Assembly: GCF_006345805.1 (NCBI RefSeq)
Contig: NC_043001.1
Location: forward strand, 75,764,001 to 75,828,000
Source of the DNA: Octopus sinensis
Lineage: Eukaryota
DNA: 64,000 bases
Direction: 5' to 3'
Translations under genes and position numbers: made by a program
Part shown: piece by piece, positions 48,870-62,940 of the stretch
Layout of the letters: each line of letters opens with the position of its first letter
How positions within the stretch are numbered: the stretch's first letter is position 1
The notes under the pieces: generated by a model
Databases searched by the model: none
What the model was told of the DNA's origin: nothing
The model's input: only the letters and a program-made list of their open reading frames with translations

Positions 48870-50540
48870 ACAGTTATATATACATATACAGGTATACGTT
48901 AGAGGTGTTTAAAGCCTCTAAGTGACAGATATATCCAAAGGCACTTCTGGTAATTACATCAGTAGGTATATTCCTTGGTAAAAGGTATACGACAGCAGGT
49001 AATTTAGCGGGTAACTGTAGTTTCATTTATATAGACGAGAAGAAAATGGAGGAAAAATAACAAGCAGGAGTGTGTCTTTTCTGCTAGTAAGCCATTATTT
49101 AATTAATTAATAAAGGTGAGAGTGAGAGTGAAGTTGTTTATGATCGTTTCCGTTTACCATGCTGAGGAAAATAATTATTTATATTTTTGCCTCGTTGCCA
49201 ATGTTAGATATCGTCAGAACGAAGAGATCAGAGGTAGGGAGAAGTAGGGTGAAAGATCAATGGTTACATCGGAAAAGAGAAGATCAAAGTTTCGAGTGTC
49301 TTGCATTATAGTTGGATTCACAGTTCGTTAAGTCCGTTGTGAGGTGGAGGAAGAATATAGGTTAGTTCGACCTGTGGACTCATGGTTATTCAGTGGCATG
49401 TCTTGCACGTACCTGTGACTTCTGGGGGTTCACCGGCGGTGCAATGTAAGGGAGCTAACTCTAATTAGGGAAAACCGGTGTTATTATAATGACCTACGTG
49501 TCATTGAAATATAGGTTGTAGGTGGTTCGTATTATATCAGGAAGCTATATATTGGTGTAAAATATGGAACGATTGTCGGTCCGATCTAGCGTGTTGAGAG
49601 TCTCATTGCCGTAATACTATTTTGTTATGAAGAGTGCACATAGAAAAAGAAGGTGGGAAGGGAAAGTTTGCGTGTAAGTATCGTAGGTGGTTCTCGGTTA
49701 AAAAAATTATTATATGCATACATAGGCTAGTGTAGGATGTAGAGTAGGTATATAATCATTGGTTTATTATGTCGGTTTGGAGTAGGGTAACGTAGAATAT
49801 GTGTTAGGTATTTTGTGTATTTATCTATAATGTAAGTTTGGGTTAGTGTAAGTGGTTAAGAGGAGGTAATGCGCTGGTGAGTAAGTCTGCTAGTAGGGGT
49901 AAGGATAGGATAGTGATATGTACACGATAGAGCAGGTTTAACGAACCTTACAAAAGACATATTGGCCTATATGCAGACAAAAGAAATTATTTTCATGTTT
50001 TTTATTCTGTAGAGGCGGTTTATACATTAATATATTCAGGAGCTCTGTTAAATAGAGATCGCACCGCTTATTAGTAGAGTTATAAGACAAGGTGATTTTA
50101 AACTATAATTAATTTTTTTATCCTTTAATTCCCAGATGTAGCTACTCTGCAGAGTTTGCTTTTCTTCTATTTCTAAAGCTAGATTGGTGTGAGCTGTATC
50201 TCGGTATCATTTGGTTTTTCGTGGCGCCTATATACGATTTCGTATGGTTATTTGTGAGTACATCACATTGGTATACTACATCTTCTGTTTTACACCTTTT
50301 AGAGAATTGGCACTTAATTCTGTCTATCTGTACTATCTGTGCTAGTGTTGTGATGAGGAGGGCTATACTTAGCCTGGTTGTTGTCTGTGTTGCTTGAAGG
50401 CGCATCTTTAGGGGTAGGATTTCTTCTATTTGCAGGTTGGCTGTTCTGTTTTCTGTTGCTGATTTTCCTGGTTTTATAGTTGTCCAGTTTATTATTATTT
50501 ATCGAGGCTATGATAGTACGATAAGTAGTAGCGCCTGTAT
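48870..50540 (-). mobile_element. Penelope-like element 3' relic (GIY-YIG + 3' region)
   Basis: ORF 50142-50405 CKTEDVVYQCDV..SYIGATKNQMIPRYSSHQSSFRN; upstream linker YTGATTYRTIIASINN. Confidence 0.75.
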
Positions 50541-51084
50541 ATGTGTAAACATGCATATTTTTACGTGTGTGTGTGTGTATGTGTGTGTATCTTCTATCTT
50601 TTCTGACAAAGATATCGAGTGCCATCGTTGAACTGTAGATGAAAACAAATTCACATTTTGAACTTGAGAAAAGTCTTGCATATTTTTACTGTCTGTCGCC
50701 ATATGCGAGTTAGCAGGTTGGTTTCTTTTACGAAAACCCGAACTCTTCCAGATTGTACTAACATAACCAAGTGCACAAATTATTATGGGAATAGATGTTA
50801 ATTTATTATCTGGGTATAGAAGCCGAAAGTTCGGAAGCAGATATCTGTAGTTATCCTCTTTCTCTGATTTTCGAAAATATTCTCATCATCTGATCAGATG
50901 ACCTCTATGACGGCACATGCGTTTCTTTCCTGTTCCAAGCAAATATATCCAGCATGTTATGTAAGTATTTGTATGTATTTATGTTTGTATGTATGTATGT
51001 ATGTATGCATGTATGTTTGTATATATGTATGTATGCATGTATGCATGTATGCATGTATACATACATATATATATATGTATGTGT

Positions 51085-51155
<71 letters not shown>

Positions 51156-52020
51156 CCCTGTGGAAAATTCTACGATTATTTTGAAAATTAGAAGATGGAA
51201 TTGAATATTTTTCTGAACCATTAGTATCTTGAGATTATGTAAAATTCCATATAAGTAGTATTGAAGATGCAATATAAAGGAACAACTCCTCTGAATGTTT
51301 TTTTATATTCTTACATCTTCCAGTTTTTGCTGTGTGTTATTTTTCACTTCATGTTAAGAATGAAGTAGTTTTAGGTATGGAACAAAATGAAAAACATTAT
51401 CTATAGTTCTATTGTTTCAATACGTTGGTAAAGTTTTAATAAATCTTAATACGGCGATTTGAAAACAAATATAAAAATACTTTACCCTCCATTTGTTACT
51501 TTTAAATCTGTTGTTGGACATATTGTAAAAGTTTTGTCTGATCATACGATAGTTAATTCACTAAAGCGCATGCGTTAACTGATTGGTAAAAGTGAAAGAA
51601 CAAAGTATTAAAATTCGCTGTTCCCTTCATTAAACACATTCTTTCTCTCTCGCTTTGTCTCTGTCTCTCGTTTTTTCCCTCTGCCTCTCACATTCCCTGT
51701 CTCTTTGTCTCTTCCTGTCTCTTCCCTTTCCTTAAATATTAGCCACCCTCATTATGGCACCACATTTCCCTCAACCTAACACTCTTTGCACCCTTCTCAT
51801 TTTTATCATGTAATAGCCCAACCCCCCTAGGGAGCCCATTATCGATTTTTATTGAAATTCATTTAACCTATAATTGAACTGGATATTAGCTTAATATGTA
51901 TGCAAACTTTCGTGAAGATTGGTTCACTGGTTTAGGTTTCAAGATGGTAACAGGCAGACAGAAAAATGTTGCCATTTTTATATATTACATACACACGCAC
52001 ACACACACACACACACACAC

Positions 52021-52071
<51 letters not shown>

Positions 52072-52260
52072 TATATATATATATATATACGACAGGCTTC
52101 TTTCAGTTTCCGTCTACCAAATCCACTCACAAAGCTCTGGTCGGCCCAAGGCTATAGTAGAAAACACTTGCCCAAGGTGCCACGCAGCGGGACTGAACCG
52201 GGGACCATGTGGTTGGGAAGCAAGCTTCTTACAACACAGCCACTCCTGCACCTATATATA

Positions 52261-52920
52261 TAAACATTATTGGTCGCACATACATAGTATATGTGTTTTA
52301 TTTACACGCAAGGCTTAGTGCGAGAAAGCGTCCAAGGAAAATACCCTTATACCACTCCGTGTTAAAGAGCACCTCAGTGTCACAGACCAGATGAGATAAC
52401 TCGCCTCAGGACCACCTAGTATAATAAATACTGATATTTCGTCATTATTAAGCGTATCAATATCATGTAATCGGATGATCTCAAGACGAAATGAATCACC
52501 GGTCTATGACATGCAAATAGAGTGAAGTCTTTCTGCTGATAGGACATGAAACAAAATTAAATATCGAATTAAAAGCAACCCTTGTAATATAAACATTATC
52601 TGTCGTACATACATAGTGTGTGTGTTTTGTTCATAAGCCAAATATACTGCAGGTTTAGCGTCTAGAGAAAGACCCTTAAACGACAGTAAGTGTTAAAGAA
52701 CACCTGAATGTCACAAACCAGGTGAGAGAACTCACCTTGGAATCACCAAGAATGATAGATACCGATATTTTGCCATTATTAAGCTAATCAATACAAAATG
52801 CTTAATGTTTCGGCATTATTAATCGTATCAATGTCATGTACTCGGATCATCTTGAAACGACTTGATTCGCTGATTTGTGACTTGTATGCAAATAGAGAGA
52901 AGTCTATTCGCTGATGTGTT
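52261..52920 (+). repeat. Diverged tandem duplication, period ~329 bp
   Basis: Units start taaacattat at 52261 and 52590 and share gtgttaaaga.cacct..tgtcaca.acca and tcattattaag.. blocks. Confidence 0.8.
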
Positions 52921-53307
52921 GCATAAGCAAAACATATACACTATGAAAGTGCAGCCGAAAAGGTTTATAATACTACAGGTGTTTTTAATTCGCAATTTAA
53001 TTAATACATACGTGAGTGCATAAAAATTAAAGAATAAAATATGTACTGTGTATATATAATTATATCTTCACAATGGCTTTGTTGTTTCGGTTGTGTCTGG
53101 ATTCGTCAGACAAGCTAACGTAGTCGACAATCAGCATAACTTCGAAGTCTCTGTGGACATTTTTCTTGTATACTTGTAAAAAATTGGGTTTCTCTGCTTA
53201 GATGTATTGAGTAGTAATCCACCAATTAATATTGGCCCATTTCCGTTTTATAATTATGCATACAGACACATATAGAATAGTAATATACATATAGATATGC
53301 GCGTGTG

Positions 53308-53354
<47 letters not shown>

Positions 53355-53964
53355 GTGCTTGTATATATATATATATATATATATACATACACATGTACAT
53401 TGTTTATTATACACAGTATGTAGTTATAAGCTACTATTAGTAGCTCATAACTGTATACTGTGTATATTAAACAATATTTATCTTTCACCAGATGGAGTAC
53501 ATTTTTGTTGATCGACCCTCAACAGAAACGTAAACTACACACACACGTATATGTATGATTATACATTTATAATTATATACATAAATTATATTCATATATA
53601 TGTATATATATATGTGTGTGTGTATGTGTGTGTATTTATATGTGTGTGTATACATATATATGTGTGTATATATATATATATGTATATATATGTGTGTGTA
53701 TGTGTGTGTATGTGTGTGTATATTTGTGTGTGTGTATGTGTGTGTATATCTGTGTGTGTATACATACATACTGTTCTGTCAAGTTTACATCTATCTCTCA
53801 CACTCTCTCTCTCTCTCTCACTCTCTCTCTCTCTCCATCTCTCACACTCTCTCTCTGCTTCATTCCGGGAAGTTAATTCTTAAGACGTAGACATCTTATT
53901 GAGAGTGCCCCAGCACAGTTAGATGGTATTTCAGTTGCAAGTACTTACAAAAGCAACATTTCCA

Positions 53965-54009
<45 letters not shown>

Positions 54010-54091
54010 TGTATGTATACATATATATACATGCACATATATTTATTTATATATATATATATTTATATCTATATACAGGCACATCTATATG

Positions 54092-54147
<56 letters not shown>

Positions 54148-54162
54148 CACATACATACATAC

Positions 54163-54212
<50 letters not shown>

Positions 54213-55930
54213 ACACATATATCAAGTTGAACGTAAATATTTGAAATATCTTTCAGCACCACTCTTCATATATACCTCTCAGCCTGAAACGTCAAAAGGT
54301 ACCGATGCCGCTGTATATCTCTTCTAGATTAATCTAGCTTATATATGTGTGTCTCAAACTGACAAACAATATAAACATCTTTTGCTACACTAAATATGTT
54401 TTGTTTAATATTTACACGATACAGATGGTTGTTTTGAACATTTTATAAGTTTTTGTTAAGTCTATCATAATTTCTTTCTAACTTAGGCACAAGACCACAC
54501 ATCTGCTGGGTACAAACTATCTATTTATATTAATCATTATATCTATCTGTTACCTTTTAATATTGATCACGGTTTAATGAAATTTAGGGGAGACCCTATT
54601 GAGATTTGAACTAAGAGTATAACGAAAAACGTAAAAATATTTTACTTCTCTATCATCTCAAGCCTTCAAGTGAAGTCGCATGGCCTAATATTTAAAATAA
54701 TACACTCACGGTCTCAAGATCGTGGTTTCGATTCCGGAGCACGGTGATGCGTTGTGCTTCTAAGCAAAACAATTCGTTTTACGTTGCTCTACGATTCCTT
54801 CGAGATTTGACTTGCAGCACACCATGTACCTGTACAAATGAGCTAATGTACAGTACAAATATTTGATCACTACAAATAAAGCACCTGTGTAGGCTGTTCA
54901 ACAACCCTCACCATCAGCATGAGCGTGTAAAGACAGGTATATATATATATATGACGGACGGACTTCTGCACAGTTTTCGTCTACTTGTCTAAGGCGCTAT
55001 GCTGTGGAACTGAACTCGTAACTTCGTGGTTGTAAAGCGAGCTTCTAAGCCACGTTTGCGCCTATAAAAGCATAACTGCGCCTAAGATAGACCATAATGC
55101 TAGTAACTATAACTAAGTTAGTACTATTAGATAAAGTATACTATTGTTAACTATTATTATGATCATGTTGTTTATAACTATTGGAATGATAGTCTGTACT
55201 ATTAGTAACTTACTATTATTAAGATCATACTAGTAAAAATGATTACGAAGACAGACCTAACTATGAGTTATACAGATCATACCATCAGTAGTTATTAATA
55301 GGATATGATTCGTAACTTGCCAATGTAAGATAGAGCATAGTATTAATAATTATTACTTAGTAACTACTAATAAGATAGAACATATAAACACTATCAAACA
55401 ATCACATTCTATTTTTTCTGTAACGAATTTTGATGGCAACGTCATCTATTCTCTTTATTAATAAAAAAAGAGCATTTTTTGTCATTGTTCACTGGCAAAT
55501 AATTATCTTTTGTCACGCATGGATGAGGGCTTTACACGGCTAAGCAATTGGAGCGCAGACTTATTGCAGTAGCCTCTGATTTGTAACATGATCAGGTTCA
55601 GCAAAAATCGCTTTATTTTTGTGTTTGTATGTAGTTTGACGCTTCTTTACCTTGATGAACTGTCTGGACAATCAATGTAGTTTATACAAGTAATTCACAG
55701 GTAAGTATTGATGCAAAGTTCACAAATGTTGAGACACTAACAAAACAGCCATACGCTAAGTCTACTGGGGTGGCAACTTTCTGAGAAGTGACACGGCAGA
55801 AGGAACCTGCCAAGTTGTCAAATGTCTAGAAGACAATGAAGAAATGTGATTGTATCAGATAAATAGCAGTGGTGGAGAAATTTACGGTTGAAGGACGAGA
55901 AAACGGGAGCCCTATAACAATTATCCTTTC

Positions 55931-55977
<47 letters not shown>

Positions 55978-56043
55978 AAAGCTGAATATTCATACGTCGT
56001 CTTCGCCGGGAAAGTCCGTGATACATTCATACATATATACATA

Positions 56044-56074
<31 letters not shown>

Positions 56075-56079
56075 TTATA

Positions 56080-56143
<64 letters not shown>

Positions 56144-56469
56144 TGTAAAACTTAATTCATAAAAGGTTAAATGTTAACAATGGCTGTTGATTTCGACCGT
56201 TTTAAACTGAATCTGTCGTCGGTCTACGAGATAAATATATAATTCAATTTGGAAAGGTGGTGGTGATTATAAGAAGTAATAATACAACTTACCTTAGTAA
56301 TTACTTTTGCATTTTAATTACATGAACTTTTTATTGCTTCCTGTTTTTGGGGTGTTTGGGGTTTTTTTTGTCTCTGCGTGATGGATTGGCAAGATCGCTA
56401 GGAAGACGGGGAAAAAAATTCCTTCTGGTATTTTTCCAGTTTTTTTACGATCTGTGTAATTTCGTGGAG

Positions 56470-57049
56470 AAATTAAGTCGATTACATCGACTCCAGTACT
56501 TAAATAGTACTTATTTTATTGGCCTGGCAGGGATGAAAGGCAAAATCGATCTCGACAGAATTTGAACTCAGAAATTAAAGACGGACGACTGTTACCCATT
56601 TCGCCCGGCATGCTAACGATTCCGCCTTAGATAATAATCCTTTCTATCCTAGGTACACGGCCTGAAAATTTTGGGAAGGCGATAGTTCGTTACATTGCCC
56701 CCAGTGATTCACTGGTACTTAATTTATCGACCCCGAGAGGATAAAAGTCGAAGTCGACCTCGGTGGAATTTGAACTCAGAACATAAAGGCGTACGAAATA
56801 CCGTTACACATTTTGTCCAGCGTGTTAACGATTCTCCCAGCTCGCCGCTTTAGATAAGGTTATCAACAAATAATACCTTAGTTCAAATTCCGCCGAGGTC
56901 AACTTTGCCTTGCATCCTTTCAGAGTCGATAAATTAAGTACCAGTGAAACACTGGGGTCGATGTAATCGACTAGTCTCCTCCCCACGAATTTCAGGCCTT
57001 GTGCCTTTAGTAGAAAGGGTTATTATTGTTACTGTTGTTGTTGCTGCTG

Positions 57050-57080
<31 letters not shown>

Positions 57081-57330
57081 TGCTGCTGCTGTTGTTGTTG
57101 TTGTTGTTAAAGCAACGTGCTGGCGGAATCGTTAGCATCGACTTCTTCCTCCCCTCAAAAACTGTTGGTCTTGTGCCAAAATTTGCTCCATTATTAGTAT
57201 TACTATGTTGGAGACGAGGCGGTATAACTAGCGCATCAGACTAAAATTCATCTAAAGTAACCTTGCTTTTCGTCCTTTCGGGATCGACAAATTAAGTTAA
57301 GCACTGACGTCGATATAATTATCTTACGCC
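56470..57330. mobile_element. Cluster of four SINE family A copies (two minus, two plus)
   Basis: Core motif at ~56480-56620 (-), 56630-56850 (-), 56880-57015 (+), 57115-57330 (+). Confidence 0.85.
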
Positions 57331-57365
57331 TAAAATTGGAAGCATTATTATTATTATTATTATTA

Positions 57366-57411
<46 letters not shown>

Positions 57412-57412
57412 T

Positions 57413-59412
57413 TTATGGAAAGCGTCATCTGTCCTCAGCCAGCAGACTAAGGTGAATCTTGTAATAATAATTCAAGAACCTTGTGAAGAATTCTTGTGAG
57501 TGTTCTGCCTTCACACTTGCACCAATCTTTTCAGCCATTTTGGTGGTTGAGCGCTAATACTTCCATGTACACCAATTACTACTGGTATCATGTCTACTCT
57601 CTTCATTGACCACAACCTTCGTATTTTCCACTTGAATCGTCGTAGTCTGTTGTTACCGAGGTATGCTATGTCAGTTATCATACATTTTCTTTCTTTTTTA
57701 TACAACACAACAGTGTCAGGTTTCCGATGTCTGATCGGATGATCACACTGGATCACTGCATCTCACAGGATTTTGCAATTCTCATTTTCGGTGACTCCTG
57801 GAGTTTGCTCCGACAATTATTGGTATTTCTACCACTTTTTCATCGACTACATCTGCTTACCCCCCCCCCTGCCCCAAAGCTAACCTGTCATATCTATCGA
57901 CTTTTCTTTCTTCCTTATCACATACTTTGTTGTCAGCTGGGAGGGTTATATCTATGATTTAGCATAGTTTGATTTCTTTCTCAACACTACGTCTGGTTTC
58001 CTATTTTCTATTTCATGCTTGCACTGAATCATAAAATTCTATAGGATCTTTGCATTAACATTTTCGATGATGCCTTCGGGTTTATGTTCGTACCAATTTT
58101 TTGCTCTGTAAAGTTCATACTTGTTGCAAAGTGTCCAATGGACAAGCCTTACTATATTGTCATGACGTCACTTATATTCTTTCTGGGCTAGTGGCGTACA
58201 TTGGTTGGTAATATGCCATACGGTTTCACCATTTTATCCAAAAATTCTGCACCTATCACTTTCTGATGTGTTGTCTATTCTGTATTTGATGTAATTCGTT
58301 CTTAATGCTTGCTTTTGGGCAGCACAGATTAAACCCTCCGTTTTAAATCACTTATAGTCATCCATAGCTATTTTTTTCTCTGTCTTATCTTCAACATCCC
58401 TATAAAATTGTCCATGCATTCATTTCTTTATCCACCTATTTTTAGTTTCATCAATGTCAAGTCCTTGTACCGTACTTTATCTTTGCAATCTTCCATCCTA
58501 CACAAGCCTGACCTTCTTACTTCCAATAATATCGATTCTGTAGCATTTTTACATACTATGCTATGTTCTTTTCTTCTGCATTAACGCTTTGTTCGTATCC
58601 AATCAGTCCTCTTCCCTCTTTTTCTTGATGCATACAGACTGCCTGTGTCATTTTTTGGGTGGAGTATCCTATACCTCGTCAGCAACTTCCTTGTCTATCT
58701 GTCTAAGCTGTTTAGTTCATCTACTGTCAATGAGATTACCCCTGTTCCATATATAAGTAGTGCAACCGCCCAGGTGTTGATAGCTTCAATCTTATTCCGT
58801 CTGTTTAATTTTGACTTAAGGCTCAGTCTCAGTCTGTGCAAGTACTCCGCCATAATTTTTTCTGTCATTTCTTTCTCCATCAATTTAACCATTTCTAATA
58901 TCCCCAAGAACTTATAGCCCGTCTTTTCTATCTGCTTCATAACCTCCACCGACGGTATCACTAACCCGTCTATACATTTGATCTTGCCTCTCTTCAAGAC
59001 TAACACACCACACTTTCTCAGTCCGAGCTCCATTCTGATATCAGCGCTGAAAGTAAACACCGTATCAACGAGGGAACAGATTCATCTTTACCATAAAGTT
59101 TGAGGTCATCCATGAATAACAAGCGGTTGATTTTTTTTATTGGTAGCTTTTGAATACATACCCAGCCTTTGCTCTCCTCAGAATCAGTGTTAGTAGTATC
59201 ATGCACGATACAAAGATTAGTGGTGACAGGCAGTTCCCTTGGTAGATGCCTCTCCTGATTTCTATTGTCCCTAAACTTCTTCCATATGCTGTCAGGTCCG
59301 TCCTCCACTTCCCCATATGTTTTCCAAGCAATAGCTCAACATTCGATGCAATACCGAATAGGTTCATACATTCCATAACCCACGAATGTGAGATCATATC
59401 GTACGCCTTCTT
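57413..59412 (-). mobile_element. R4/Dong-type LINE, decayed third family (RT C-terminus + REL)
   Basis: KKAYDMISH, GIYQGNCLSPL, LLFMDDLKLY, RNKIEAINTWAV, RKPDTVVL..ITDIAY, IPVVIG; (AAT)n tail on minus strand 57347-57412. Confidence 0.85.
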
Positions 59413-59473
59413 CATGATAGACAAATGTACATGATAGACAAAACAATGTACATTATTATTATTATTATTACTA

Positions 59474-61078
59474 TCATTCTTCTTCTTCTTCTTCTTCTTC
59501 TTCTTCTTCTTCTTCTTCTTCTTCTTCTTCTTCTTCTTCTTCTTCTTCTTCATATTTATTAGGTGGTATGATTTCTTGTTTGTATTTGTCAGCTTCCTTA
59601 AATACTGAGAACAGTTTTTTGTTCTGCTCGTGTTTTGCCGCTATTTGTATCAGTTTTCCTTCTTTCTGAAGTAGATATTTTTGCAGTCCTATGGTGATTA
59701 TTTTATAGTAGTTTTCCAGCTGTATAAGGCCTCTGCCACCTTCTATACGTTGTATATATAGTCTTTCTATGTCAGATTTTGGGTGATGCATCCTAGATCC
59801 TGTCATTATTTTTCTTGTTTTCCTATCTATTTTGGTCAGTTCATTTAGTGTCCAGTTAAGGATATTGTAGCTGTAACTTATAACTGGGACAGCTAAAGTG
59901 TTAATACCTATTATCTTGTTTTTAGCATTGAGCTCTGTGTTTAGTATTGATCTAAATCGTCTATAATATTCTTTTTTTATTTTCTCTTTCATTTGTGTGT
60001 GTTGTGTCTTATCTAGTTCATGGATTCCTAAGTATTTGTAAGTTTGGCTTTGGTCTAATTCTTTTATTTCATTGGTTTTATCTAGTGTGATGTTGTTACT
60101 CTTAACTAGTTTTCTTCTTTTCATGGTTACTTTGGCGCATTTTCCTAATCCAAATTTCATATCTATTTCTTTGGTAAATCCATGAACTGTCTTTAATAGT
60201 GTTTCCAGCTGTTTGTCATTTGCAGCGTATAGTTTTAGGTCATCCATATATAAAAGGTGGCTGATCGTTTTGCCGTAACATTTATATCCGTATCCAGTTC
60301 TATTTAGCATATCAGATAGAGGTGACAGTGCCAAGCAGAAAAGGAGAGGAGAGAGCGTGTCTCCCTGGAATATTCCTCTTCTAATGGGGATGGCTTTTGT
60401 TTGGAGCTGTAGCACAATTTGCCATTTATTCATAGAGTGCCCTATGAATTTTATAATTGTTGGTGCTACGTTGTTAATGGCTAGTGTTTCGAGGATCCAT
60501 GTGTGGGGGATGCTATCAAACGCCTTTTTGTAGTCGATCCAGGCCATACTGAGGCCTTTGTTCTTTCTGTGGCTGTCTTCAGTTATGGCTTTATTAATCA
60601 TTAGTTGATCTTTACAGCCATATGAGCCTTTGCGGCATCGTTTCTGCTCTTCTGGAAACAGGTTGTTTTCGTCCAGGTGCTTGTTCAACCTTTGCGATAT
60701 CACTGCAGTAAATGCCTTGTACATAGTAGGGAGACAGGTTATTGGTCTGTAGTTTTCTGGTTTTGCTTTTTCATTTGATTTGGGAATTAAGATGGTTTTC
60801 CCCTTCGTGAGCCATTCAGGCATTGTCTCTGGCTCTGCTAGTATGTTGTTAAAGTTTTCAGCCAGCTTTTTGTGCATTCGTGTTAGATATTTCAACCAGA
60901 AGTTGGGGATCTTGTCATGCCCAGGTGTCTTCCAGTTGCTTAGTCTTTGCAGTGCCTGGGTGACCTCTTCACTTGTTATGGGGGTGCAAAGTTGCTCAGA
61001 TGCTGAGTTTGTTGTTTTGATATTCCTTTTTTTTGGTTGTTCGTTCGCCGACCATATTTCTCTCCAAAATTCTTCCAC
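59474..61078 (-). CDS. R4/Dong-type reverse transcriptase, uninterrupted 534-aa frame ending in a (GAA)n poly-Glu tract
   Basis: NWKTPGHD, YRPITCL, WIDYKKAFDSIPH, GIFQGDTLSPLLF, LLYMDDLKLY, YKYLGI, GGRGL. The frame is also open upstream to the (AAT)n junction at ~61165. Confidence 0.9.
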   Translation of the reverse strand: MEEFWREIWSANEQPKKRNIKTTNSASEQLCTPITSEEVTQALQRLSNWKTPGHDKIPNFWLKYLTRMHKKLAENFNNILAEPETMPEWLTKGKTILIPKSNEKAKPENYRPITCLPTMYKAFTAVISQRLNKHLDENNLFPEEQKRCRKGSYGCKDQLMINKAITEDSHRKNKGLSMAWIDYKKAFDSIPHTWILETLAINNVAPTIIKFIGHSMNKWQIVLQLQTKAIPIRRGIFQGDTLSPLLFCLALSPLSDMLNRTGYGYKCYGKTISHLLYMDDLKLYAANDKQLETLLKTVHGFTKEIDMKFGLGKCAKVTMKRRKLVKSNNITLDKTNEIKELDQSQTYKYLGIHELDKTQHTQMKEKIKKEYYRRFRSILNTELNAKNKIIGINTLAVPVISYSYNILNWTLNELTKIDRKTRKIMTGSRMHHPKSDIERLYIQRIEGGRGLIQLENYYKIITIGLQKYLLQKEGKLIQIAAKHEQNKKLFSVFKEADKYKQEIIPPNKYEEEEEEEEEEEEEEEEEEEEEEEEE

Positions 61079-61168
61079 TTCTTCTGCCGTTGGTGCTGCA
61101 GTGATTTCTATATTATTTTTGCCATGTTCTTGGTAGAACGTTTTGGGGTTGGAGTTGATCTTTTGAAC

Positions 61169-61239
<71 letters not shown>

Positions 61240-61272
61240 ATTATCATCTTTATTTTATTATTATTATTATTA

Positions 61273-61318
<46 letters not shown>

Positions 61319-62144
61319 TGGATATCTTTGAAATCATACTTTTGCTACCATAAGTAATATCAAGAAATATAGCGTTACAAACCAATAGCAAAGTTAACTT
61401 TTAGAAATAATTATTGCTGCTTACACAATTGATGAAACGAATACTAATTTTGAGGCGAAAAATATTTATTTTCTACCTTAAATAAAATTACATAAAACAC
61501 ATTTCGCATGTATATAATTTTAATAAGCACATCATTATTTGTTCTAAATTTTAATGATGTAATAGCAATCAAATGCATCAAACACCTATTTCCGCCAAAT
61601 TTCCTTTAAAATATGTGTATTTTTTAGAAAGTTATTATTACTTGTCACCACTTCTTATGTAAGCTATCTGTATCTCATTTTTACTCTCTCTCTCTCCCCC
61701 TCTCTCTTCCTGTCTTTACCCCCATCTCTCTCTCTCTCTCCTCTCTCTCTCTCTATGCGATGTAAAGCGTGACTGTCAACCAGCCAGCCAACCAACCAAC
61801 CAACCAGTCAGCCAACATTTATATCGGCTTTTATTATAGAAAGACATTACGTTACAAAGTATTATATATTATTATTTTATAACTGTTGATATCGCATATC
61901 AAAGTTATACACAAAAATAAATAGTTAAATATATTTTAAAGAAGCATGTTTTGATTAAATCATGTTCTTTTATAATTTACGGTTATTGTTTTAAATTAAG
62001 CTGTGTGGTTAAGAAGTTCACTTCGAAATCACTGGGTTTCAGACTCAATTCCACTGCATAGCACCTTGGACAAGTGTTTTTTTCTATATTGCCCAACCTA
62101 ACCATTGCTTAGTGAATGAATATGGAACCCATCGTGCAAGTATG

Positions 62145-62185
<41 letters not shown>

Positions 62186-62267
62186 TATATATGTAGGTCC
62201 CGGGTTGATTCGGGGTTAACCACAGTAAATAAGGTACTCAATACATAGCAGAGTAAAATTAATTTAT

Positions 62268-62376
62268 TATATAGAAGGAGCTTCTACAGGACTAGAACTG
62301 TTTCATTCAAGAGAAATCATCAGAGCTTCCTGATGATTTCTCTTGAATGAATCAGTTCTAGTCCTGTAGAAGCTCC

Positions 62377-62385
<9 letters not shown>
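62268..62385. repeat. 118-bp palindrome containing a hammerhead-like fold
   Basis: 56-bp arms with 1 mismatch and a 6-nt loop agcttc. Confidence 0.92.
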
Positions 62386-62449
<64 letters not shown>

Positions 62450-62469
62450 TATATATATATAATATATAT

Positions 62470-62592
<123 letters not shown>

Positions 62593-62607
62593 TGTATGTG
62601 TGTGTGT

Positions 62608-62925
62608 GCGTGTGTGGCTTAGTTGTTAGGGTATTCGGCTTACGATCGTAAGGCCGTGAGTTCAATTCCCGATGACGCGTTGTGTCATCGAACACGACAC
62701 TTTATTTCTCGTTGCTTAGGTCCACTTAGCTGGCAAAAATTAGTAGTACCTGTATTTCAAAGGGTCAGTCTTGTCACTCTGTGTCACGCTAAATTTCTCT
62801 GAGAACTACATTAAGGGTGCACGTGTATGTGGAGTACTCAGCCACTTACACGTTAATTTCACGAGGAGGCTATTCCGTTGATCGGATCAACTGGAATGCT
62901 TGTCGTCGTAACCGACGGAGTGCCA
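62608..62925 (+). mobile_element. tRNA-derived SINE family C
   Basis: Aligns with 29100-29462 and 23137-23455. Confidence 0.85.
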
Positions 62926-62940
62926 GTTTCGTTTTATATA

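Noticed and set aside
55090-55400. Cryptic actatt/tagtaac periodicity
   Set aside because: No stable unit length or ORF; consistent with a decayed low-complexity tract.
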